In this document: positions 34,677 to 46,600 of the stretch, piece after piece
Numbering within the stretch: the first letter of the stretch is position 1
Layout of the letters: each line of letters starts with the position of its first letter
Origin: Balanoglossus misakiensis
Taxonomy: Eukaryota > Animalia > Hemichordata
Direction of reading: 5' to 3'
Length of the DNA: 64,000 bases
Assembly (NCBI GenBank): GCA_040954595.2
Contig: CM082596.2
Span: 1,143,754 to 1,207,753 of the forward strand
Notes under the pieces: model-generated
Told to the model about the DNA's origin: nothing
Database searches by the model: none
What the model saw: only the letters and a program-made list of their open reading frames with translations
Position numbers and translations under genes: made by a program

Positions 34677-37600
34677 TCCCAAAGTCGAAAAATGGTCGAT
34701 TTTTCGCGATTTTCCTGAGCTATAACCCATGCTTTTTATCAAAAAATCACCAAATTTCGAAAATTCCCAAAGTCGAAAAATGGTCGATTTTTCGCGATTT
34801 TCCTGAGCTATAACCCATGATTTTTATGAAAAAATCACCAAATTTCGAAAATTCCCAAAGTCGAAAAATGGTCGATTTTTCGCGATTTTCCTGAGCTATA
34901 ACCCATGCTTTTTATCAAAAAATCACCAAATTTCGAAAATTCCCAAAGTCGAAAAATGGTCGATTTTTCGCGATTTTCCTGAGCTATAACCCATGCTTTT
35001 TATCAAAAAATCACCAAATTTCGAAAATTCCCAAAGTCGAAAAATGGTCGATTTTTCGCGATTTTCCTGAGCTATAACCCATGCTTTTTATCAAAAAATC
35101 ACCAAATTTCGAAAATTCCCAAAGTCGAAAAATGGTCGATTTTTCGCGATTTTCCTGAGCTATAACCCATGCTTTTTATCAAAAAATCACCAAATTTCGA
35201 AAATTCCCAAAGTCGAAAAATGGTCGATTTTTCGCGATTTTCCTGAGCTATAACCCATGCTTTTTATCAAAAAATCACCAAATTTCGAAAATTCCCAAAG
35301 TCGAAAAATGGTCGATTTTCGCGATTTTCCTGAGCTATAACCCATGCTTTTTATCAAAAAATCACCAAATTTCGAAAATTCCCAAAGTCGAAAAATGGTC
35401 GATTTTTCGCGATTTTCCTGAGCTATAACCCATGATTTTTATCAAAAAATCACCAAATTTCGAAAATTCCCAAAGTCGAAAAATGGTCGATTTTTCGCGA
35501 TTTTCCTGAGCTATAACCCATGGTTTTTATGAAAAAATCACCAAATTTCGAAAATTCCCAAAGTCGAAAAATGGTCGATTTTTCGCGATTTTCCTGAGCT
35601 ATAACCCATGATTTTTATCAAAAAATCACCAAATTTCGAAAATTCCCAAAGTCGAAAAATGGTCGATTTTTCGCGATTTTCCTGAGCTATAACCCATGGT
35701 TTTTATGAAAAAATCACCAAATTTCGAAAATTCCCAAAGTCGAAAAATGGTCGATTTTTCGCGATTTTCCTGAGCTATAACCCATGATTTTTATCAAAAA
35801 ATCACCAAATTTCGAAAATTCCCAAAGTCGAAAAATGGTCGATTTTTCGCGATTTTCCTGAGCTATAACCCATGGTTTTTATGAAAAAATCACCAAATTT
35901 CGAAAATTCCCAAAGTCGAAAAATGGTCGATTTTTCGCGATTTTCCTGAGCTATAACCCATGATTTTTATCAAAAAATCACCAAATTTCGAAAATTCCCA
36001 AAGTCGAAAAATGGTCGATTTTTCGCGATTTTCCTGAGCTATAACCCATGATTTTTATCAAAAAATCACCAAATTTCGAAAATTCCCAAAGTCGAAAAAT
36101 GGTCGATTTTTCGCGATTTTCCTGAGCTATAACCCATGCTTTTTATCAAAAAATCACCAAATTTCGAAAATTCCCAAAGTCGAAAAATGGTCGATTTTTC
36201 GCGATTTTCCTGAGCTATAACCCATGCTTTTTATCAAAAAATCACCAAATTTCGAAAATTCCCAAAGTCGAAAAATGGTCGATTTTCGCGATTTTCCTGA
36301 GCTATAACCCATGCTTTTTATCAAAAAATCACCAAATTTCGAAAATTCCCAAAGTCGAAAAATGGTCGATTTTTCGCGATTTTCCTGAGCTATAACCCAT
36401 GATTTTTATCAAAAAATCACCAAATTTCGAAAATTCCCAAAGTCGAAAAATGGTCGATTTTTCGCGATTTTCCTGAGCTATAACCCATGGTTTTTATGAA
36501 AAAATCACCAAATTTCGAAAATTCCCAAAGTCGAAAAATGGTCGATTTTTCGCGATTTTCCTGAGCTATAACCCATGATTTTTATCAAAAAATCACCAAA
36601 TTTCGAAAATTCCCAAAGTCGAAAAATGGTCGATTTTTGGCGATTTTCCTGAGCTATAACCCATGGTTTTTATGAAAAAATCACCAAATTTCGAAAATTC
36701 CCAAAGTCGAAAAATGGTCGATTTTTCGCGATTTTCCTGAGCTATAACCCATGATTTTTATCAAAAAATCACCAAATTTCGAAAATTCCCAAAGTCGAAA
36801 AATGGTCGATTTTTCGCGATTTTCCTGAGCTATAACCCATGATTTTTATCAAAAAATCACCAAATTTCGAAAATTCCCAAAGTCGAAAAATGGTCGATTT
36901 TTCGCGATTTTCCTGAGCTATAACCCATGGTTTTTATGAAAAAATCACCAAATTTCGAAAATTCCCAAAGTCGAAAAATGGTCGATTTTTCGCGATTTTC
37001 CTGAGCTATAACCCATGATTTTTATCAAAAAATCACCAAATTTCGAAAATTCCCAAAGTCGAAAAATGGTCGATTTTTCGCGATTTTCCTGAGCTATAAC
37101 CCATGATTTTTATCAAAAAATCACCAAATTTCGAAAATTCCCAAAGTCGAAAAATGGTCGATTTTTCGCGATTTTCCTGAGCTATAACCCATGATTTTTA
37201 TGAAAAAATCACCAAATTTCGAAAATTCCCAAAGTCGAAAAATGGTCGATTTTTCGCGATTTTCCTGAGCTATAACCCATGATTTTTATGAAAAAATCAC
37301 CAAATTTCGAAAATTCCCAAAGTCGAAAAATGGTCGATTTTTCGCGATTTTCCTGAGCTATAACCCATGCTTTTTATCAAAAAATCACCAAATTTCGAAA
37401 ATTCCCAAAGTCGAAAAATGGTCGATTTTTCGCGATTTTCCTGAGCTATAACCCATGCTTTTTATCAAAAAATCACCAAATTTCGAAAATTCCCAAAGTC
37501 GAAAAATGGTCGATTTTTCGCGATTTTCCTGAGCTATAACCCATGCTTTTTATCAAAAAATCACCAAATTTCGAAAATTCCCAAAGTCGAAAAATGGTCG

Positions 37601-40600
37601 ATTTTTCGCGATTTTCCTGAGCTATAACCCATGATTTTTATCAAAAAATCACCAAATTTCGAAAATTCCCAAAGTCGAAAAATGGTCGATTTTTCGCGAT
37701 TTTCCTGAGCTATAACCCATGCTTTTTATCAAAAAATCACCAAATTTCGAAAATTCCCAAAGTCGAAAAATGGTCGATTTTTCGCGATTTTCCTGAGCTA
37801 TAACCCATGGTTTTTATCAAAAAATCACCAAATTTCGAAAATTCCCAAAGTCGAAAAATGGTCGATTTTTCGCGATTTTCCTGAGCTATAACCCATGATT
37901 TTTATCAAAAAATCACCAAATTTCGAAAATTCCCAAAGTCGAAAAATGGTCGATTTTTCGCGATTTTCCTGAGCTATAACCCATGGTTTTTATGAAAAAA
38001 TCACCAAATTTCGAAAATTCCCAAAGTCGAAAAATGGTCGATTTTTCGCGATTTTCCTGAGCTATAACCCATGATTTTTATCAAAAAATCACCAAATTTC
38101 GAAAATTCCCAAAGTCGAAAAATGGTCGATTTTTCGCGATTTTCCTGAGCTATAACCCATGCTTTTTATCAAAAAATCACCAAATTTCGAAAATTCCCAA
38201 AGTCGAAAAATGGTCGATTTTTCGCGATTTTCCTGAGCTATAACCCATGCTTTTTATCAAAAAATCACCAAATTTCGAAAATTCCCAAAGTCGAAAAATG
38301 GTCGATTTTTCGCGATTTTCCTGAGCTATAACCCATGCTTTTTATCAAAAAATCACCAAATTTCGAAAATTCCCAAAGTCGAAAAATGGTCGATTTTTCG
38401 CGATTTTCCTGAGCTATAACCCATGATTTTTATCAAAAAATCACCAAATTTCGAAAATTCCCAAAGTCGAAAAATGGTCGATTTTTCGCGATTTTCCTGA
38501 GCTATAACCCATGGTTTTTATGAAAAAATCACCAAATTTCGAAAATTCCCAAAGTCGAAAAATGGTCGATTTTTCGCGATTTTCCTGAGCTATAACCCAT
38601 GATTTTTATCAAAAAATCACCAAATTTCGAAAATTCCCACAGTCGAAAAATGGTCGATTTTTCGCGATTTTCCTGAGCTATAACCCATGGTTTTTATCAA
38701 AAAATCACCAAATTTCGAAAATTCCCAAAGTCGAAAAATGGTCGATTTTTCGCGATTTTCCTGAGCTATAACCCATGATTTTTATCAAAAAATCACCAAA
38801 TTTCGAAAATTCCCAAAGTCGAAAAATGGTCGATTTTTCGCGATTTTCCTGAGCTATAACCCATGATTTTTATGAAAAAATCACCAAATTTCGAAAATTC
38901 CCAAAGTCGAAAAATGGTCGATTTTTCGCGATTTTCCTGAGCTATAACCCATGATTTTTATGAAAAAATCACCAAATTTCGAAAATTCCCAAAGTCGAAA
39001 AATGGTCGATTTTTCGCGATTTTCCTGAGCTATAACCCATGATTTTTATGAAAAAATCACCAAATTTCGAAAATTCCCAAAGTCGAAAAATGGTCGATTT
39101 TTCGCGATTTTCCTGAGCTATAACCCATGATTTTTATGAAAAAATCACCAAATTTCGAAAATTCCCAAAGTCGAAAAATGGTCGATTTTTCGCGATTTTC
39201 CTGAGCTATAACCCATGGTTTTTATGAAAAAATCACCAAATTTCGAAAATTCCCAAAGTCGAAAAATGGTCGATTTTTCGCGATTTTCCTGAGCTATAAC
39301 CCATGATTTTTATCAAAAAATCACCAAATTTCGAAAATTCCCAAAGTCGAAAAATGGTCGATTTTTCGCGATTTTCCTGAGCTATAACCCATGATTTTTA
39401 TCAAAAAATCACCAAATTTCGAAAATTCCCAAAGTCGAAAAATGGTCGATTTTTCGCGATTTTCCTGAGCTATAACCCATGGTTTTTATGAAAAAATCAC
39501 CAAATTTCGAAAATTCCCAAAGTCGAAAAATGGTCGATTTTTCGCGATTTTCCTGAGCTATAACCCATGATTTTTATCAAAAAATCACCAAATTTCGAAA
39601 ATTCCCAAAGTCGAAAAATGGTCGATTTTTCGCGATTTTCCTGAGCTATAACCCATGATTTTTATCAAAAAATCACCAAATTTCGAAAATTCCCAAAGTC
39701 GAAAAATGGTCGATTTTTCGCGATTTTCCTGAGCTATAACCCATGATTTTTATGAAAAAATCACCAAATTTCGAAAATTCCCAAAGTCGAAAAATGGTCG
39801 ATTTTTCGCGATTTTCCTGAGCTATAACCCATGATTTTTACGAAAAAATCACCAAATTTCGAAAATTCCCAAAGTCGAAAAATGGTCGATTTTTCGCGAT
39901 TTTCCTGAGCTATAACCCATGCTTTTTATCAAAAAATCACCAAATTTCGAAAATTCCCAAAGTCGAAAAATGGTCGATTTTTCGCGATTTTCCTGAGCTA
40001 TAACCCATGCTTTTTATCAAAAAATCACCAAATTTCGAAAATTCCCAAAGTCGAAAAATGGTCGATTTTTCGCGATTTTCCTGAGCTATAACCCATGCTT
40101 TTTATCAAAAAATCACCAAATTTCGAAAATTCCCAAAGTCGAAAAATGGTCGATTTTTCGCGATTTTCCTGAGCTATAACCCATGCTTTTTATCAAAAAA
40201 TCACCAAATTTCGAAAATTCCCAAAGTCGAAAAATGGTCGATTTTTCGCGATTTTCCTGAGCTATAACCCATGCTTTTTATCAAAAAATCACCAAATTTC
40301 GAAAATTCCCAAAGTCGAAAAATGGTCGATTTTTCGCGATTTTCCTGAGCTATAACCCATGGTTTTTATCAAAAAATCACCAAATTTCGAAAATTCCCAA
40401 AGTCGAAAAATGGTCGATTTTTCGCGATTTTCCTGAGCTATAACCCATGATTTTTATCAAAAAATCACCAAATTTCGAAAATTCCCAAAGTCGAAAAATG
40501 GTCGATTTTTCGCGATTTTCCTGAGCTATAACCCATGGTTTTTATGAAAAAATCACCAAATTTCGAAAATTCCCAAAGTCGAAAAATGGTCGATTTTTCG

Positions 40601-43600
40601 CGATTTTCCTGAGCTATAACCCATGATTTTTATCAAAAAATCACCAAATTTCGAAAATTCCCAAAGTCGAAAAATGGTCGATTTTTCGCGATTTTCCTGA
40701 GCTATAACCCATGCTTTTTATCAAAAAATCACCAAATTTCGAAAATTCCCAAAGTCGAAAAATGGTCGATTTTTCGCGATTTTCCTGAGCTATAACCCAT
40801 GCTTTTTATCAAAAAATCACCAAATTTCGAAAATTCCCAAAGTCGAAAAATGGTCGATTTTTCGCGATTTTCCTGAGCTATAACCCATGCTTTTTATCAA
40901 AAAATCACCAAATTTCGAAAATTCCCAAAGTCGAAAAATGGTCGATTTTTCGCGATTTTCCTGAGCTATAACCCATGATTTTTATCAAAAAATCACCAAA
41001 TTTCGAAAATTCCCAAAGTCGAAAAATGGTCGATTTTTCGCGATTTTCCTGAGCTATAACCCATGGTTTTTATGAAAAAATCACCAAATTTCGAAAATTC
41101 CCAAAGTCGAAAAATGGTCGATTTTTCGCGATTTTCCTGAGCTATAACCCATGATTTTTATCAAAAAATCACCAAATTTCGAAAATTCCCAAAGTCGAAA
41201 AATGGTCGATTTTTCGCGATTTTCCTGAGCTATAACCCATGGTTTTTATCAAAAAATCACCAAATTTCGAAAATTCCCAAAGTCGAAAAATGGTCGATTT
41301 TTCGCGATTTTCCTGAGCTATAACCCATGATTTTTATCAAAAAATCACCAAATTTCGAAAATTCCCAAAGTCGAAAAATGGTCGATTTTTCGCGATTTTC
41401 CTGAGCTATAACCCATGATTTTTATGAAAAAATCACCAAATTTCGAAAATTCCCAAAGTCGAAAAATGGTCGATTTTTCGCGATTTTCCTGAGCTATAAC
41501 CCATGGTTTTTATGAAAAAATCACCAAATTTCGAAAATTCCCAAAGTCGAAAAATGGTCGATTTTTCGCGATTTTCCTGAGCTATAACCCATGATTTTTA
41601 TGAAAAAATCACCAAATTTCGAAAATTCCCAAAGTCGAAAAATGGTCGATTTTTCGCGATTTTCCTGAGCTATAACCCATGATTTTTATGAAAAAATCAC
41701 CAAATTTCGAAAATTCCCAAAGTCGAAAAATGGTCGATTTTTCGCGATTTTCCTGAGCTATAACCCATGCTTTTTATCAAAAAATCACCAAATTTCGAAA
41801 ATTCCCAAAGTCGAAAAATGGTCGATTTTTCGCGATTTTCCTGAGCTATAACCCATGCTTTTTATCAAAAAATCACCAAATTTCGAAAATTCCCAAAGTC
41901 GAAAAATGGTCGATTTTTCGCGATTTTCCTGAGCTATAACCCATGCTTTTTATCAAAAAATCACCAAATTTCGAAAATTCCCAAAGTCGAAAAATGGTCG
42001 ATTTTTCGCGATTTTCCTGAGCTATAACCCATGCTTTTTATCAAAAAATCACCAAATTTCGAAAATTCCCAAAGTCGAAAAATGGTCGATTTTTCGCGAT
42101 TTTCCTGAGCTATAACCCATGCTTTTTATCAAAAAATCACCAAATTTCGAAAATTCCCAAAGTCGAAAAATGGTCGATTTTTCGCGATTTTCCTGAGCTA
42201 TAACCCATGATTTTTATCAAAAAATCACCAAATTTCGAAAATTCCCAAAGTCGAAAAATGGTCGATTTTTCGCGATTTTCCTGAGCTATAACCCATGATT
42301 TTTATCAAAAAATCACCAAATTTCGAAAATTCCCAAAGTCGAAAAATGGTCGATTTTTCGCGATTTTCCTGAGCTATAACCCATGATTTTTATCAAAAAA
42401 TCACCAAATTTCGAAAATTCCCAAAGTCGAAAAATGGTCGATTTTTCGCGATTTTCCTGAGCTATAACCCATGATTTTTATCAAAAAATCACCAAATTTC
42501 GAAAATTCCCAAAGTCGAAAAATGGTCGATTTTTCGCGATTTTCCTGAGCTATAACCCATGATTTTTATCAAAAAATCACCAAATTTCGAAAATTCCCAA
42601 AGTCGAAAAATGGTCGATTTTTCGCGATTTTCCTGAGCTATAACCCATGATTTTTATCAAAAAATCACCAAATTTCGAAAATTCCCAAAGTCGAAAAATG
42701 GTCGATTTTTCGCGATTTTCCTGAGCTATAACCCATGCTTTTTATGAAAAAATCACCAAATTTCGAAAATTCCCAAAGTCGAAAAATGGTAGATTTTTCG
42801 CGATTTTCCAGAGCTATAACCCATGATTTTTATCAAAAAATCACCAAATTTCGAAAATTCCCAAAGTCGAAAAATGGTCGATTTTTCGCGATTTTCCTGA
42901 GCTATAACCCATGATTTTTATCAAAAAATCACCAAATTTCGAAAATTCCCAAAGTCGAAAAATGGTCGATTTTTCGCGATTTTCCTGAGCTATAACCCAT
43001 GATTTTTATCAAAAAATCACCAAATTTCGAAAATTCCCAAAGTCGAAAAATGGTCGATTTTTCGCGATTTTCCTGAGCTATAACCCATGATTTTTATCAA
43101 AAAATCACCAAATTTCGAAAATTCCCAAAGTCGAAAAATGGTCGATTTTTCGCGATTTTCCTGAGCTATAACCCATGCTTTTTATCAAAAAATCACCAAA
43201 TTTCGAAAATTCCCAAAGTCGAAAAATGGTCGATTTTTCGCGATTTTCCTGAGCTATAACCCATGATTTTTATCAAAAAATCACCAAATTTCGAAAATTC
43301 CCAAAGTCGAAAAATGGTCGATTTTTCGCGATTTTCCTGAGCTATAACCCATGATTTTTATCAAAAAATCACCAAATTTCGAAAATTCCCAAAGTCGAAA
43401 AATGGTCGATTTTTCGCGATTTTCCTGAGCTATAACCCATGCTTTTTATCAAAAAATCACCAAATTTCGAAAATTCCCAAAGTCGAAAAATGGTCGATTT
43501 TTCGCGATTTTCCTGAGCTATAACCCATGCTTTTTATCAAAAAATCACCAAATTTCGAAAATTCCCAAAGTCGAAAAATGGTAGATTTTTCGCGATTTTC

Positions 43601-46600
43601 CAGAGCTATAACCCATGCTTTTTATCAAAAAATCACCAAATTTCGAAAATTCCCAAAGTCGAAAAATGGTCGATTTTTCGCGATTTTCCTGAGCTATAAC
43701 CCATGATTTTTATCAAAAAATCACCAAATTTCGAAAATTCCCAAAGTCGAAAAATGGTCGATTTTTCGCGATTTTCCTGAGCTATAACCCATGATTTTTA
43801 TCAAAAAATCACCAAATTTCGAAAATTCCCAAAGTCGAAAAATGGTCGATTTTTCGCGATTTTCCTGAGCTATAACCCATGCTTTTTATCAAAAAATCAC
43901 CAAATTTCGAAAATTCCCAAAGTCGAAAAATGGTCGATTTTTCGCGATTTTCCTGAGCTATAACCCATGCTTTTTATCAAAAAATCACCAAATTTCGAAA
44001 ATTCCCAAAGTCGAAAAATGGTCGATTTTTCGCGATTTTCCTGAGCTATAACCCATGGTTTTTATGAAAAAATCACCAAATTTCGAAAATTCCCAAAGTC
44101 GAAAAATGGTCGATTTTTCGCGATTTTCCTGAGCTATAACCCATGCTTTTTATCAAAAAATCACCAAATTTCGAAAATTCCCAAAGTCGAAAAATGGTCG
44201 ATTTTTCGCGATTTTCCTGAGCTATAACCCATGCTTTTTATCAAAAAATCACCAAATTTCGAAAATTCCCAAAGTCGAAAAATGGTCGATTTTTCGCGAT
44301 TTTCCTGAGCTATAACCCATGATTTTTATCAAAAAATCACCAAATTTCGAAAATTCCCAAAGTCGAAAAATGGTCGATTTTTCGCGATTTTCCTGAGCTA
44401 TAACCCATGCTTTTTATCAAAAAATCACCAAATTTCGAAAATTCCCAAAGTCGAAAAATGGTCGATTTTTCGCGATTTTCCTGAGCTATAACCCATGATT
44501 TTTATGAAAAAATCACCAAATTTCGAAAATTCCCAAAGTCGAAAAATGGTCGATTTTTCGCGATTTTCCTGAGCTATAACCCATGATTTTTATCAAAAAA
44601 TCACCAAATTTCGAAAATTCCCAAAGTCGAAAAATGGTCGATTTTTCGCGATTTTCCTGAGCTATAACCCATGATTTTTATCAAAAAATCACCAAATTTC
44701 GAAAATTCCCAAAGTCGAAAAATGGTCGATTTTTCGCGATTTTCCTGAGCTATAACCCATGATTTTTATCAAAAAATCACCAAATTTCGAAAATTCCCAA
44801 AGTCGAAAAATGGTCGATTTTTCGCGATTTTCCTGAGCTATAACCCATGATTTTTATCAAAAAATCACCAAATTTCGAAAATTCCCAAAGTCGAAAAATG
44901 GTCGATTTTTCGCGATTTTCCTGAGCTATAACCCATGATTTTTATCAAAAAATCACCAAATTTCGAAAATTCCCAAAGTCGAAAAATGGTCGATTTTTCG
45001 CGATTTTCCTGAGCTATAACCCATGGTTTTTATCAAAAAATCACCAAATTTCGAAAATTCCCAAAGTCGAAAAATGGTCGATTTTTCGCGATTTTCCTGA
45101 GCTATAACCCATGGTTTTTATGAAAAAATCACCAAATTTCGAAAATTCCCAAAGTCGAAAAATGGTCGATTTTTCGCGATTTTCCTGAGCTATAACCCAT
45201 GATTTTTATCAAAAAATCACCAAATTTCGAAAATTCCCAAAGTCGAAAAATGGTCGATTTTTCGCGATTTTCCTGAGCTATAACCCATGCTTTTTATCAA
45301 AAAATCACCAAATTTCGAAAATTCCCAAAGTCGAAAAATGGTCGATTTTTCGCGATTTTCCTGAGCTATAACCCATGATTTTTATCAAAAAATCACCAAA
45401 TTTCGAAAATTCCCAAAGTCGAAAAATGGTCGATTTTTCGCGATTTTCCTGAGCTATAACCCATGCTTTTTATCAAAAAATCACCAAATTTCGAAAATTC
45501 CCAAAGTCGAAAAATGGTCGATTTTTCGCGATTTTCCTGAGCTATAACCCATGCTTTTTATCAAAAAATCACCAAATTTCGAAAATTCCCAAAGTCGAAA
45601 AATGGTCGATTTTTCGCGATTTTCCTGAGCTATAACCCATGCTTTTTATCAAAAAATCACCAAATTTCGAAAATTCCCAAAGTCGAAAAATGGTCGATTT
45701 TTCGCGATTTTCCTGAGCTATAACCCATGCTTTTTATCAAAAAATCACCAAATTTCGAAAATTCCCAAAGTCGAAAAATGGTCGATTTTTCGCGATTTTC
45801 CTGAGCTATAACCCATGGTTTTTATGAAAAAATCACCAAATTTCGAAAATTCCCAAAGTCGAAAAATGGTCGATTTTTCGCGATTTTCCTGAGCTATAAC
45901 CCATGATTTTTATGAAAAAATCACCAAATTTCGAAAATTCCCAAAGTCGAAAAATGGTCGATTTTTCGCGATTTTCCTGAGCTATAACCCATGGTTTTTA
46001 TCAAAAAATCACCAAATTTCGAAAATTCCCAAAGTCGAAAAATGGTCGATTTTTCGCGATTTTCCTGAGCTATAACCCATGATTTTTATCAAAAAATCAC
46101 CAAATTTCGAAAATTCCCAAAGTCGAAAAATGGTCGATTTTTCGCGATTTTCCTGAGCTATAACCCATGATTTTTATGAAAAAATCACCAAATTTCGAAA
46201 ATTCCCAAAGTCGAAAAATGGTCGATTTTTCGCGATTTTCCTGAGCTATAACCCATGGTTTTTATGAAAAAATCACCAAATTTCGAAAATTCCCAAAGTC
46301 GAAAAATGGTCGATTTTTCGCGATTTTCCTGAGCTATAACCCATGATTTTTATGAAAAAATCACCAAATTTCGAAAATTCCCAAAGTCGAAAAATGGTCG
46401 ATTTTTCGCGATTTTCCTGAGCTATAACCCATGATTTTTATGAAAAAATCACCAAATTTCGAAAATTCCCAAAGTCGAAAAATGGTCGATTTTTCGCGAT
46501 TTTCCTGAGCTATAACCCATGCTTTTTATCAAAAAATCACCAAATTTCGAAAATTCCCAAAGTCGAAAAATGGTCGATTTTTCGCGATTTTCCTGAGCTA

